From NCBI GenBank assembly GCA_951406725.2, contig OX597817.1, forward strand, positions 83,514,001-83,578,000: 64,000 nt of DNA, in the 5' to 3' direction. The translations under genes and the position numbers were made by a program. The DNA is from Octopus vulgaris. Lineage: Eukaryota. This document shows, in pieces, positions 41,505 to 55,068 of this stretch. Numbering within the stretch: the stretch's first letter is position 1; every line of letters begins with the position of its first letter. The notes beneath the pieces are model-generated. The model ran no database searches. It was not told where the DNA came from and was given only the letters and a program-made list of their open reading frames with translations.

Positions 41505-44493
41505 TGTTGTAACGTAATTCGTAACGTACAATAAACAAGATAACCAGACAGCAGTAAAAACAACGTAAAGAACAAACAAATCTCTTTACGAACCAACTAT
41601 CAATATTCCTTGCGACCTAACCAACCGACAACTTCCGACTTCCCTGCGAACTATCACGAACTTCACTCGACTCCGAACTCTGAACTCTTGAGCTCACTCG
41701 GATCTTTACTATTTATACTTTACTCGGACCGATCTATCTCTCGCAAGGGGGCGTCGTAACTCTCATCACATCATCTCCCCTTTTGAGATTTCACAATAGT
41801 GAGGAAGTGAAATTTCTTTTTTTATTTATTTTTCTTTCCAGCACTTCTCCCGCTTTTTCTTTTAGCTGTTCTATCTTAATTGTTGCTCGACTTTTAAGGT
41901 AGTATTGTTCGTTGCACACAGAACTTTTTCTTTTCGTTGTACTAGGCACTCTTGTTTTTTTGTTTTGTTTTTGCTTTTCTGAAAATTTAATATTTTTTCG
42001 TTCAGGTATTACTTCCAGATATTCAGTTTGTTTTCGTTTTCTAAAGCTAGTTCTACGCGGTTCAATATATTTCGGTGCTAGCACTTCAAATATACATAGA
42101 AGACTTTCATTGGTATTATCCTTCGTTTTTCTGTATGTCTCATCTTTACCTTGTTCAGATGTCTCTGATATTCCGGATTACACAGACATCCTCCCAACTC
42201 CTTTACCATTTTTGTAATTTTTTAAATTAACTTTATCTCCTACTTTGAAATGTTTTGTAATATTTCCTGTATTTCCTTCAGATGTTTTTTGTCTTTCCTT
42301 AATATGTATTTTTTGTCTTTCCTTAATATGTATTTTTTCCTGGCAATAATTTGTCGAATATCGAACAAACATTAACTCTGCTGGTGACTTTCCAGAGTTA
42401 GTATTTTGAATTTGTGTTATTCTTTATACTCTCAAAAATTTAGTTAGTGCCTCACCATTATCTACCTCGTTCATAGCTTTTATTAGAGATCTTTTGAATG
42501 TGTCGGCAAATTTTTTCCCCTGCTCATTTGACCTTGGGTGGTAGGTCGGATTAAAGATGAGCTTTATGGTATGTATTTTTGAGAAATTTCTTAATTCAAA
42601 TCCCGTGAATTGTGCTCCATTATCTGAAACTAATGTGTTTGGAACACCGTATCGAGCAAATAACTCAGGGAGGATCTTAATAGTTGTCTTTGCTGTGGGC
42701 TTATTACATCTGCATAACGTCTAGCCACATTGTATAGCTATCCACAACGATTAGATAGTATGGGCCGTTCACTGATCCAGCATAGTCGGTATATATCCTG
42801 AACCATGAGGTCTCAAACTTTGTGCACAGACCTAGTTTGTCCGAGAGTACTCGTGGAAACTTTTTAAATTTTCTCTTAAATTCGTCAGACGAATTATTTT
42901 TAAAGGGACAACCATTTACGTTTTTACATTTAGAGATTTATGGGGAGGTCCCATAAATCGTGTAATTATAACCAATCGGTACCAAACACATCGGTTGCAT
43001 CTTTAACGACGAAGACTTTCGCCTTACATATTTTCCATCGAAATGTGGCATTAGTTCACATTTCGCCTCCGAAATGTAATTTGTCGCCCGTCACGCTACG
43101 AGCAGATTTTCCCTATTTTTTCCATCTGTCCATATTTATTATTGAAATATCACTTCCTGTAACAAATTGAAGTTTAATATGTATTGCATTTATTTTTACG
43201 TGTATGAATTTTCTTATTTGGGAGTCGATTTTTGTTTCTGCTGAGAGCATTGTAGGATTTTTAATGTTTGACCTTTGTAATTTTGTTCTGCAGTGTGAAC
43301 TTTGTGACCAATTCTTTTGCAACTGTAACATTTTGATTTTTATTTGAACTGTCTTTTCTGAATTGTATGTTCCCACATCCATAACATGGATTAAGACATG
43401 GCGCTCTTTTTTGGTTGTACTTTGTCCGGTTGGCATATCTGTATTTTTGAGGAATCCTTTTCTTGAATTTTTTTCTACATCGTGTTTCAGGTTTACCGTC
43501 CTTTGCCATTCTTCTGCCACGGATTGTAAGGTTACATATTGGTTCGCTTGTTCCAATTTAGAAAGAATTGTTGCCCGAATTTCTGTATCTTCGCTTGCTG
43601 TAAGGCCTTGTACAAAAATAGGAAACTTAGACATCTCAGGTTTAATCTCTTTAAGTTTAAAACTTTCACACATCCTGTTGACTGTTCCTGTGCATGTGAT
43701 AAAATCCTCATTCTCTTTTTTCATTATATTCCATCACTCAATTCGAGTGTTAAATAGAGTAAACATTATCACCGAATATGTTAGACAGAAATTCTATTGT
43801 TTCTTTAAAACAAATTTAATTGGGTTATTTGGGCAATATGAAATTTCAGTAATGTTCACGCTCTAACGAAGCTAATTTTCACAATAACAATCTCATTTTT
43901 TGTTCGTCCGACCATGATTTGTAATCTTGCTTAAAAATCTCCTCGTACCTCTGTAGCACGATGCAAAAGTTATACCCTCCTCTGGGCTATAACTGAATCC
44001 ATTAATAGAGTTCGAAACGCCGTCTGGCGAAAACGACCTTATCTCATTTTTGGACTTCTTTTAATATAGCTCAAATAATTGTTGTTGTAGTTGTTGTTGC
44101 TGTCACAGCTGCTTCTGCAACTCCTGTTGCTACTCTTGATATTGCAACTTTACAATGGAAGCTAATAGGTCTTCCATTATTTAACGAGTTGTATCACAAA
44201 CAAATTATTAAATAACCTACGTTAGCTTCGAAAACCTCGTCACTAGATGTTGTAACGTAATTTGTTACGTACAATAAATAAGATAACCAGACAACAGTAA
44301 AAACAATGTAACGGACAAACAAATCTCTTTACGAACCAACTATCAATATTACTTGTGAACTAATCAACCGACACCTTCCGACTTCACTGCAAACTAACAC
44401 GAACTTCACTCGACTCCAAACTCTGAACTCTTGAACTCACTCGGATCGTTACTATTTATACTTTACTAGAACAAGTCTATCTCTCGAAAAGGG
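41505..44493 (-). mobile_element. Two-LTR Gypsy derivative (gag-protease-integrase, RT/RNase H deleted)
   Basis: 3' LTR 41505-41770 with PPT aaaaggggagatga; 5' LTR 44248-44493 with PBS-like ctagtgacgagg. Protease LQFVTGSDISII; integrase FARYGVPNTLVSDNGAQF and YHPRSN. Confidence 0.92.
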
Positions 44494-45228
44494 AATTCGA
44501 AATGGCACACCAAACGCTGAGATCAGGCTAATTCACAGACTTCTGCAAAGTGTGATGAAGACTTTCGGAATTCCAGTACACGCAGTTATGCTTGTTAATT
44601 CGTCCGTTGAGTTTGAAAACTGCCTCATCAGACCACAAGATTCGATCAACGGACGTTGGATCATCTTCAAATATGCGTTGAAAATGTTCGCATGCTTGTA
44701 GACGCTGATCAGGATCGTCGTCATTGAGTTCCTGTACGAGACGTGGAGTGTGCAAGTTTTTCTTAAGTTCAAACAAAGTTTTTTAAACACTTGAGCAACT
44801 CACATGAAAATCTGAATGGTCAGCAAGTTGGCTTACAATTCGGTGGGTAGATGTCAGGGTATTGTCGTTAATCTCTTTCATAACTGCAGCCTGAAACTCT
44901 CCTTTGTTGTGCAAAGTTGGACGACCACTGCGATGTTCACTCTTCGTGGAACCGGTAGTTTCGAACTTTCTTATTAGACGAAGCACTGTCGAATGACAGG
45001 GAGGATGTGCGCCGCCAATCTCCCTATTTCCTCAGCATTATTCGTCGCATAGTAGTTTTTCACAATATTAACACATTCTTGTAAAGTAAATCGTACAGCC
45101 ATTATACAACAGTAAAAGCGACTGATTGAACGCAACAAAATGGATTTTGAAAATTCAAGTCTAATTATGAGCTTGCCACTAAATGCAGACAAATTTAAAC
45201 GGTGTTCTAAGCGTGATATACTCTGTTA
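44494..45228 (-). mobile_element. DD41D transposase N-terminal half and 5' end
   Basis: RLIRKFETTGS..RSGRP, QELNDDDPDQRL and ILWSDEAVFKLNGRINKHNCVYW; TIR-like acagagtatatcac near 45226. Confidence 0.82.
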
Positions 45229-45337
45229 ATTTCTTTCTCTCCCATTGATCTTCCATCCATCCATCCACACATACATACATACATACATACATACATACAT
45301 ACATACATACATACATACATACATACATACATGCAGA

Positions 45338-45779
<442 letters not shown>

Positions 45780-45782
45780 AGC

Positions 45783-45854
<72 letters not shown>

Positions 45855-46534
45855 GTGTGTGTTTAGATCCACATTATTTAATCAAATTCATTTTAATCTA
45901 AAACCAAAGAATACAAGACAAATAAACTATTGTAGGGACGTTCGGAAATTCAAGACTACCTGAAGAGCACTGACAATATAAGTTAAGTAGATGCAGCCGG
46001 AAATCTTACAGTGATTGTTGACTCCAGGTCAGTTGTCATCAATTATCGGTATTGATTTTTTTTTTTGAAATCTTGTTTAAAATATAGCTGAGAAATAATT
46101 GACGTCTTAGACTTATTGATTTTTGATAACTAGATTAATACATAAGATCAATAAGCCATTTTTATCAGCTATGTAAGTAAAGCAAATCTCGCAGAAAGAC
46201 TTTTCCAATAATTCACTTCTTCTTGGTCAATACTGTTCTAATTATTTTGAGTGCTTTTAGAAAAGATGGTGCCGACTTGCTTTGAAGTTATGCATTTTGG
46301 GGATTCTAAATTTCTTCATATAACTGTATGCCTAAAGAAACCATGTTTTCGCAAGAGCAAGTTATAGCCAAGAGCAGCGGTAAATATCTGCAGATGCAAC
46401 CACACTTTTTGAATTTCAAATAACAATCAATGCTCATATTTCTTTTGCATTCACTGCACTGAATCTGGTACATTTGCTACCGACACAGTAATCAATCTGC
46501 GAAAATAAGGTCATCATATCAATTACGCTGTAGA

Positions 46535-47318
46535 ATATTCGGATCTTTTCGGTTTGAACGGCAGTTTTTAACATAATTTCTAGGTATCTAAAAAATTTTA
46601 AACTTCGTATACTGGTAGAATGTGTTTATGAGACATCATTTTCTCTTGGCTTTCTTGCGAAAATTCTGTAGTTTATAACATATTTCGTCTTTAATTTCTT
46701 GCATTTCGTCAATTTCAACCAATCACTGGCGTCTATTGAGTTAAAAAGCACTGTGCCGTATGAATATGTCCCTCGTTTAAGAAACAGCTTGGGTTTATTT
46801 ACATTTGTGAAGAAAAAAAGATACCCTTCCCCCACCCCTAACCCTAACCCTAACTAACCCTAACCCTAAAACAGATAGAAATGCAATAGATCGATACTAA
46901 GGTCATAATTATGGGTGTCAATTTTCAAATGTTCACCCATAATTATGACCCTAGTATCGATCTATTGCATTTCTATCTGTTTTAGGGTTAGAGTTAGTTA
47001 GGGTTAGGATTAGGGGTGGGGGAAGGGTATCTTTTTTTCTTCACAAATGTAAATAAACCCAATCTGTTTCTTAAACGAGGGACATATTCATACGGCACAG
47101 AGTACTTTTTAACTCAATAGACGCCAGTGATTGGTTGAAATTGCCGAAATGCAAGAAATTAAAGAGGAAATATGTTACAAACTACAGAATTTTCTCAAGA
47201 AAGACAAGAGAAAATGATGTTTTATAAACACATTCTACCAGTATACGAAGTTTAAAATTTTTTAGTTACCTAGAAATTATGTTAAAAACTGCTGTTCAAA
47301 CCGAAAAGATCCGAATAT
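46535..47318. mobile_element. 784-bp palindromic MITE with ~383-bp arms containing CCCTAA/TTAGGG repeats
   Basis: Arms 46535-46917 and 46934-47318 are reverse complements (ggatcttttcggtttgaac / gttcaaaccgaaaagatcc); 16-nt spacer. Confidence 0.95.
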
Positions 47319-47704
47319 GATATAATGTTGATTTATAAATAAGATACGTAATCATATATAGAGGTAGCGAAAATTTCATATGGTAAAAGTCATACTCAAA
47401 ATTCAAATTTGTAATGAATTTCAGGAACAATTTTGCCACACATTAAAGTTAGAAAACTGTATTTCATTAGACGAATTGTAGAGAATATATCGAATTCAAA
47501 CCAAATCTACCAACTTGCAGAGAGTGGAAAAGCCTTTATATGGTTGCTCACCTTGCTAGAAATTGCAGCCGAAGCTCCCTTAAAAGAGAGTCCGTGAAAA
47601 AATCCCATTGAGTCTTACAAAAGCACCTTGTTTGAATGAAAAAAGAAAGAGTTATAAGAACGCCTTTGATTATCGATATTATCTGAGCGAGACTTACTCG
47701 GAGT

Positions 47705-48090
47705 TGAACAATTCCTAATTCCAAATAGTTAATCTAAATCAATTCCGAATCCTTAACAATTAATCCAAGATAAAACCGAACTCTTAGTAATTAAACCAAA
47801 ATGATCCCGATTCTTAGCAATTACTTCTGAATCCATAATAATTAATCCAGATTCATTCCAAAGGTTTAACAATTAATCCAAATTAATTTCAATGTCTTAA
47901 TGACTAATCCAAATAAATTCTGAATTATTTCTAAGTAATCCAAATTAATCCCGAATTCTTAAGACTTGATCCAAATTAATTTCAAATTCTAAATAATTAA
48001 TCAAAATCAATTCTGGCTCCTGAACAAAACATCCAAGTTAAATCCCAATCCTTAACAGTTAATCCAAGATAATTGCGAATCCTTAATTAT
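47705..48090. repeat. Degenerate ~31-bp minisatellite, about 12 copies
   Basis: Consensus approximately ttaacaattaatccaaattaattccgaatcc, recurring with a ~31-bp period. Confidence 0.75.
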
Positions 48091-48125
48091 TCCCGGCGTA
48101 CGAACGAATCTACCAGCTCGCAGCC

Positions 48126-48128
48126 TTA

Positions 48129-48166
<38 letters not shown>

Positions 48167-48204
48167 CAACAACAACAACAACAACAACAACGACGACGAC
48201 AATG

Positions 48205-48259
<55 letters not shown>

Positions 48260-48265
48260 CAACAA
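48126..48265. repeat. (TAA)n/(CAA)n microsatellite
   Basis: Direct reading. Confidence 0.95.
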
Positions 48266-48528
48266 ATACAACCAGCTGGACCCGGGGAAAATTCACGGAG
48301 AATAAGTAAAATGTAAGCATCTGTAAATTGTGTGCTGGTGCCATGAGAAATGTTTCTATATTGTGACAGTTACAGAATATAGAAAGAATTGTAAAACTGT
48401 TAACTATATAATCCAACCAAAATATTTCGGTTACACAAACATCAACAGAATTACTATTTAGCCTTAAAATACATCCTGCATATTCAAAGGACATTCTTGA
48501 TTTATTGGTACGGAACATTTTTCTGGTA

Positions 48529-48792
48529 TTCTTTTATTCTTTTACGTGTTTCAGTCATTTGACGGTGGCCATGCTAGAGCATCGCCATTTCTTCGACGAA
48601 ATCGACGCCCTGGATTATTCCCTGTAAGCCTCGTGCTTATTCTATCAGTCTCTTCTGCCGAACAGCTAAGTTACGGGTATGCAAACACACCAACATCAGT
48701 TGTCAAACGATAGTGGTAGAGGGACAAACACAAACACAAACACACACATATAATATATATGTATATATATATATATGTGACGGGCTTCTTTC
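48529..48792 (-). mobile_element. SINE family A, 3' half
   Basis: tgtttcagtcatttgacggtggccatgctagagc is the reverse complement of the family A tail. Confidence 0.85.
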
Positions 48793-48829
48793 CTTTTCTT
48801 CCAACCACTTAAAGGTTTATCTTTTTCCG

Positions 48830-48945
48830 AGCCACTCAGCTGGCCAAAATGAGTTGTAGCTGCAATTCAAAGGGGCTAGCCTTGTCATATTCTGTGTGAG
48901 ACTGAACCTCCCTGAGAACTACGATAATCATATACATGTCTATGT
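48830..48945 (+). mobile_element. Fragment of SINE family D
   Basis: agccttgtca..ctgaa.ctccctgagaactacg shared with the 57203-57497 copy. Confidence 0.7.
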
Positions 48946-49296
48946 ATCAACTTTTCTTTCAATCTAAGTATCTATTTTTCTTGCGATATTAAACATTTAA
49001 AAACACAAAACGAACACCGTCACGACTCACTGTCTCTTTCTCTCTCTCTCTCTCTCTCTCTTCTCTTTCTTTCATTCACTCTCTCTCTCTCTCTTTCTCT
49101 TTCTTTCATTCACTCTCTCTCTCTCTCTCTTTCTCTCTCTCACTCTCTCTCTCTCTTCTCTCTCTTACTTCCTCTGAAACATTTAAAAATACAAAACGAA
49201 CGCCATCACCACTCACTGTCTCTTTCACTTTTCTCTTTTCCACTCTCACTCTCTCTCTTTCTTTCTCACTTTCTCTCTAACTTCCTCTCTGTCCTC

Positions 49297-49335
<39 letters not shown>

Positions 49336-49427
49336 GCTTTGTCACTCACTTCTCCCTTTGAGGTAAGTGTGACACACACCACAGGTACGTACAAAAAGAA
49401 CAAGTCGGCATATTAATATTATTGAAG

Positions 49428-49482
<55 letters not shown>

Positions 49483-49507
49483 TAATAATAATAATAATAA
49501 CAATAAT

Positions 49508-50061
49508 TTGCACTGATGCAGTACCAGGCAGTGGCTCTCGTGGCTTCTGACCTTAACTGATTGGAAGTGTTATCATGTACATTGTTTTGTCTTGGTATAA
49601 ACGATGGGCTACAGCAAATATTCTGCTCAATACCATAGATTTGCTTGTCAGTTGTTTGACCATAACCAGTTGACCATGTCCCTTAGTAGCTGACGATATG
49701 TGCATCTCTGATCACGAGCGGAAGTAGTCAGGGAGCATCATAGTCATGTGTTGAAAAGGATTCTTTGCGGTTTGTATAATTCTCCTCTGGAAACATGGGT
49801 TCGTTCAACATCCTTAAACAATCCTTATTCAGTACCTTTTGAGCGGGATAGGTTACTCCACCCCAAGAAAATTCTAACTGGGCCCTACCTGCAAGGTCAT
49901 GCGCTGTTTATCTTGATATGAGATCACCATGTCGCGCACATATGGTTGTGATGCATGTGTCTAGTGTACCCTTATCAGACATGTAGTCATGATGGCTATA
50001 CTGGGCTTCGTATATTTTACCCCAGTGTCACTTTGATGGTATGCACTGCTCTCTCACTCAA
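49508..50061 (-). mobile_element. Non-coding element sharing its 5' end with an R4/Dong relic, inserted in (TAA)n/(TAG)n
   Basis: Minus-strand start gagagcagtgcataccatcaaagtga matches 51123-51148; triplet repeats on both sides. Confidence 0.7.
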
Positions 50062-50096
<35 letters not shown>

Positions 50097-50149
50097 ATAA
50101 ATCCAGCATCATCAAAACTGATGATTAAGTTGAGAAAGAAAAATTCAAA

Positions 50150-50830
50150 GATGAAAAAAGCACAAAAATGCGCGGTCACTTTTGCAAGAGATACGAGCGT
50201 TAAGACACATACAGAAGGCCAATGGTTATGGATGCAGTGGAGTGACTTGCAGATAGTACAGAATTACTTATATGCATGGAACAAGACGAGCATTAAGGAC
50301 AAACTATATCAAGGGTAGAATTGATAAAATAACTGAAAGCGACAAATCCACAATATGAGGGTTGAAATAGTGTGGCACATTTTTAGTGAATGCCAGAAAT
50401 TAACACAACGTGAATACAAAAGGTGATATGACAATGTGGCAAGAATGATCCATTGGAAGCTTTGTGGAAATTATGGCTGAGAAAGATCAAAATTGTGACT
50501 GAGAAAGATCAAAAACACGTTGTGACCAAGGACTGCAAAATCCTATGATCAGATTAAACTTCAGAAACTTGACATTATTGTATTGAACAGAAAAGAAAAA
50601 CATGCCTGATAATTGATCTAGCATTTCCTGGTAACAACAGGATTGAAAAGAAAGAAGGAAACGTGATCAACTATGATGAATTGAAGTGGGAATTGCGCAG
50701 GTTGTTGTGAATGAAGAAAGTGGACGTGATACTAATAGTGATTATTCAATTGGAAGTATCAGTAAACTACTAACGTAACTCAAAACTTTGGAACGAATGT
50801 AAGGACAGAACACTTACAAAATTCATCTCC
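50150..50830 (+). mobile_element. R4/Dong-type RLE LINE 3' relic
   Basis: HIFSECQKLTQREYKR*YDNVARMIHWKLC and CLIIDLAFPGNNRIEKKE..YDELKWELRRL (CCHC plus PD-(D/E)xK restriction-like endonuclease). Confidence 0.8.
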
Positions 50831-50934
50831 CGCGGGATTTTTAAAGCATAAATAGACAAGCGTCATCGCATTCTGCTGGCTGTGTGCACCTGATATTTTC
50901 CATCATTCCAAGCAAAATAAAGTTGCGATTTTTC

Positions 50935-50954
50935 ATGATGTAATAATAATAATA

Positions 50955-51032
<78 letters not shown>

Positions 51033-51035
51033 ACA

Positions 51036-51106
<71 letters not shown>

Positions 51107-51116
51107 CATTATTATT
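50935..51116. repeat. (TAA)n/(TTA)n microsatellite
   Basis: Direct reading. Confidence 0.97.
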
Positions 51117-51930
51117 GTGTGGGAGAGCAGTGCATGCCATCAAAGTGAAGAAGGAACTACACATTAAAAGCGATATTGATAGACTGTGTGTGCCTAGATA
51201 CAAAGGAGAAAGATGTCTCATAGGATGCAAGATTTGTCTTGTCAATGAAGAAAACAGCATGGGAGAACCAAAGAGCAGATTGAAACTTTGTAAGCCGCTG
51301 TTAGAAATAACAACTCGATACCTAATAAAAATGTGACATACTAAAATCATTTAAGAAACAAGATGGAGAACAAAGATTAAACGACTAGAAAATAAAAACG
51401 ACGGATATACAATATCTCAGAGAAATCGAAGGGAAAGATAAGACCAACACCAGGAGATGACTAAGAAAAATTATATGCAAGCTCTGAGAACTAATTACAC
51501 CAAGTTTCAAATAGATAAGAGCAGTGAGTCACCCCTTTGTAGGACGTATGGCAGCAAAAACGAAACAATCTTACATATTGTACGTGTAGCAAACTGTCCC
51601 AAAAGGAATACAAAAGGAGGTGCGATAACATGGCTAAGCTTGTTCATTGTAGATTATATGAGAAGTATGGTCTTCAAAGAACAAGATACGAACGTAAACC
51701 AGAAAGCGTCACTGAAAATAATGAAAATAAGCTTTATGGAGTTTTACAGTCCCGTGTGACTCAGTGATTAAAACTCGGAGACCTAATATTGCTGTAACGG
51801 GTAAAAAAGAAGAAACTCTTGGTCATAGATATTGCCATACCAGGGAACGCATAAGTGGGTGGCAAAGAACTGAAAAGGGTTGAAAAGTACAAGCTACTAA
51901 AAGATGAAATTATACAAAATCTAAGTTCAA
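51117..51930 (+). mobile_element. Internally deleted R4/Dong LINE (5' tip fused to RT-thumb/CCHC/RLE region)
   Basis: LHIKSDIDRLCVPRYKG, QALRTNYTKFQIDK..LCR..ETILHIV and LVIDIAIPG..KRVEKYKLLKDEI. Confidence 0.82.
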
Positions 51931-52239
51931 ATATAATATTCAGCCTACAAACATCTAAGAGTGGGAACAATAGTTGGCCTTAAGTATGCATATTGAATCA
52001 TAATTTATCTACTGGCGAAGATATATGAAAATATAGGACGTTAACTTCCATAAATAGCAATCTGGAAACAATACTTAGATTACTGTCTTAATTTGGTATC
52101 TTACAGACTAGATCAACTTAATGATTTTAATATCAAAAACCTAATTAATATCATAAGCAGCAATATAGACTTCCCAATGAAATATGTATACCCTTCCTGG
52201 ACATTCTAGTCGACAAGCTAAAACAAAACAAAGGCTTAT

Positions 52240-53121
52240 TATAGACAGCTCGGAATATTAATGGAGTATTTCATTCTAATGCTATTACACAGCAAACAGC
52301 ATCAAATTGGTTTTCAAAATTCGTTTTGGTAATTTTGACCTCACAAATGAGCAGATCCATTTTAACGTGCCCGTGAATTATCATTGTTGTTTGGTGTTAG
52401 CAAGCAAACAATTTTGATTCACCAAGTTGAAACGTTTGGAAGCCTGCATTATGCTACTTTCCCGCCACAAAAATGAATAATTTTTTAATCGAATGTGATG
52501 AGAAATGGATCCAGTACAACAACCATAAACGTTCAGCACAATGGCTGGACAAACACGAGCCACCAAAAAGCAAACTTCATCAAAAGAAGCTGATGGTGTG
52601 TGTTTGGTGGTCTGGTGCAGGTGTGATCCATTATGATTTCATTAAACCTGGCTAATCAATCACAGCCGAAGTATACTACAGCCAAATGGACCAAATGATG
52701 CAGAAATTTACAAAAAAACAGCCTAGATTAGTCAATAGATCCACTCCGATTTTATTGCCAGACCACGCAACGCGAAAATTACATTGGTGGAACTACAGGA
52801 GTTGGAAGTTCTCCATCATCCACTATACTCACCTGATCTTCCCCCATGGACTACCACTTCTTCCAGAATTTGGATAACTTTTTGATACGAAAAACATTTA
52901 ATTCCGAAATTCCGACGATGCTGAAAAACGGGCCTTCCAAGATTTTATTAACTCTAGATTGCCAGGCTTTTACAGTTCCGGGCTGGACGAGCTACCGCTG
53001 AAATGGCAAATGTATATTGACAATATGGGTAAATAATTTGATGAATAAAACTATTCCTTGTATTATAAAACATTAGCAAACTTTTTGCTTTTCTACAAAT
53101 TTCATGCTTGACGACCTAATA
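52240..53121 (+). mobile_element. Mariner (DD34D) transposase pseudogene with 3' TIR
   Basis: CDEKWIQYNN, KLMVCVWW..GVIHYD, HPLYSPDL and DYHFFQNLDNFL; ends in gacgacctaaTA. Confidence 0.92.
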
Positions 53122-53559
53122 CAATCCAAAATACACCCAAACAAGTATAGCATTTACTGTTGCATGATAAAGATATTGAATTTTCAAACTCGGAGTAAAA
53201 GACTCCAAGAATTACAGCAGATGCTACTTAAGAGGCAATACTCAGTAATGTTAAACGTAAATTGGTAACTGAATACATTCCAAAGCGTAAGATAATCAAG
53301 AATTATGAAAGATGAGAATAATTCAAATACTCCAAATTTTCTACTGTACTTTACAATAAATAATGCAAGAAATACAAAAGTATACAATATTCAAAACAAC
53401 AAATACCAAGTCCAGAAGCGAGAATGAAAAATGCATTTGAAATGCACAAAATATCAAAAGTAAAGGACAACTAGAAGTCTGAATGCTAATTAATTACCAG
53501 CAACAAATTATCCACAAAACATTCAACAAAAAAATTCAAATAGTCAAATAGTGCGGCCG

Positions 53560-53890
53560 TTCTAACTGTATAACTTGAATCAACCTCTTAAAAGACACAT
53601 CATATCATTTAAGTCAGGACACATTTTCACTGTAAAAATCATCTCACTGTTCTTTTAAAAATTTAATTTGTGCAGTTAAATATAGTAGTTGCAACGAAGA
53701 TTACACGGAACAAACTAAACTTACCTTGTGAACCAGATTTTCTATTCATAAGCAATATATACGAGATCCTAGTACTACACAGATTTCTCTAAGTGAACAT
53801 TAATGTGTATATGTTGCAAACAAGTCATATCACTTTACCAAAAATCAAATACGAAACGAATAAAGAAATGGGGTTTTTTTTTAATATAAA
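53560..53890 (+). mobile_element. Penelope GIY-YIG endonuclease relic
   Basis: CSFKNLICAVKYSSCNEDYTEQTKLTL*TRFSIHKQYIRDP..LSEH matches C-x-S-x-NVIY-x-I-x-C-x2-C-x3-YIGQT..RF..H. Confidence 0.72.
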
Positions 53891-54193
53891 CACCGAGTGA
53901 GTAAGTTAGTACAACTGGTAGGATAGATATGTGGCGGGTTTGTACATAGAATTTGAAACCTAGACACACTGATCTGCTGTTGAGAAATGTTTTAAAATAA
54001 CTTGATCTTCAAGATTTTGCGATAATGTTGCCAATGGATTGACAAATAACTTTGATATGCCAAAACATCAAATTGATTAACTGTTAGCCAGATGGAGGAG
54101 AAATCTTCTTGGGGCTATAAACTACAGTATCATCGTCCCATATGTGTTAGCCACATTTAGGTGGCAAATATACTTCACGATGTCGTGCTGCTA

Positions 54194-54670
54194 CTTCTTC
54201 TTCTTCTTCTTCCAATCAGGACTCACGTCATTAGCCACAAAGAATAATCTCTAATTCGAGCATACTCTAAGCTACTAAGAATGCACCCACCACACGCGAT
54301 AGGCTGGCGGTTGCACGGGCGCGAAAGCTACGTTGTTATGCTCATTCCGTAAACGGTGGCTTTTAACTGGTGGAGAGCTGAACCATCCTGGGGTATAGAT
54401 GATTCGCAATCTAGACTAGGGTCTGAACGTTTACCACACCATACTGGGTTACACCATGGTTCCTCTGCTTTGTTGCAGAAGTAGGAGGAAAGAGTAACAG
54501 AAAGTTGTGGTGAAAGAGTACAGCGGAGTTCACCCCTCCCCCGCCGGAGCCTCGTGAAGCTTTGGTGCTTTTGCTCAATAAACACTCGCAACGCTTGGTC
54601 TGGGAATCGAAACCGCGTTCTTATGACCACGAGTCCGCTGCCCTAACCCACTGGGCCATGGCGCCTCCAC
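54194..54670 (-). mobile_element. tRNA-derived SINE family E with (GAA)n tail
   Basis: Minus strand has A-box tggcccagtgg and B-box ggtttcgattcc; tail (ttc)n at 54195-54212; possible TSD tcgtgct on both sides. Confidence 0.75.
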
Positions 54671-54709
54671 TCGTGCTACTCCTGTTATATCTAGCTTAGA
54701 GATTTATTA

Positions 54710-54777
<68 letters not shown>

Positions 54778-55053
54778 CAAGGTGGCCCAAAAGTAGGTTT
54801 ACAGTTATCACGTAGGCACTTTCTTTTAAAACATTTTATTACATTTAAATTTCTATCTTACAATTAACTAAATTAGCATTGAATAATGGCTTCATATTTT
54901 TTTATAGTTAAGACCTAATATATTTTTAAATCTCACGTGAGATATTCAGCAACAGTACTTGCAAAGAATTTTTATTAATAAGATCTAAACTGTTAATATA
55001 TGAATGCGAAAGAGATAGTTGAATAATTGTAAACCTACTTTTGGGCCACCTTG
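54778..55053. mobile_element. Tc1/mariner-type MITE with 26-bp TIRs and TA TSD
   Basis: TA|caaggtggcccaaaagtaggtttaca ... tgtaaacctacttttgggccaccttg|TA. Confidence 0.93.
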
Positions 55054-55068
55054 TATATATATATATAT

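Noticed and set aside
46838-46868. True telomere or chromosome-fusion site
   Set aside because: Only a few CCCTAA units, placed symmetrically inside MITE arms
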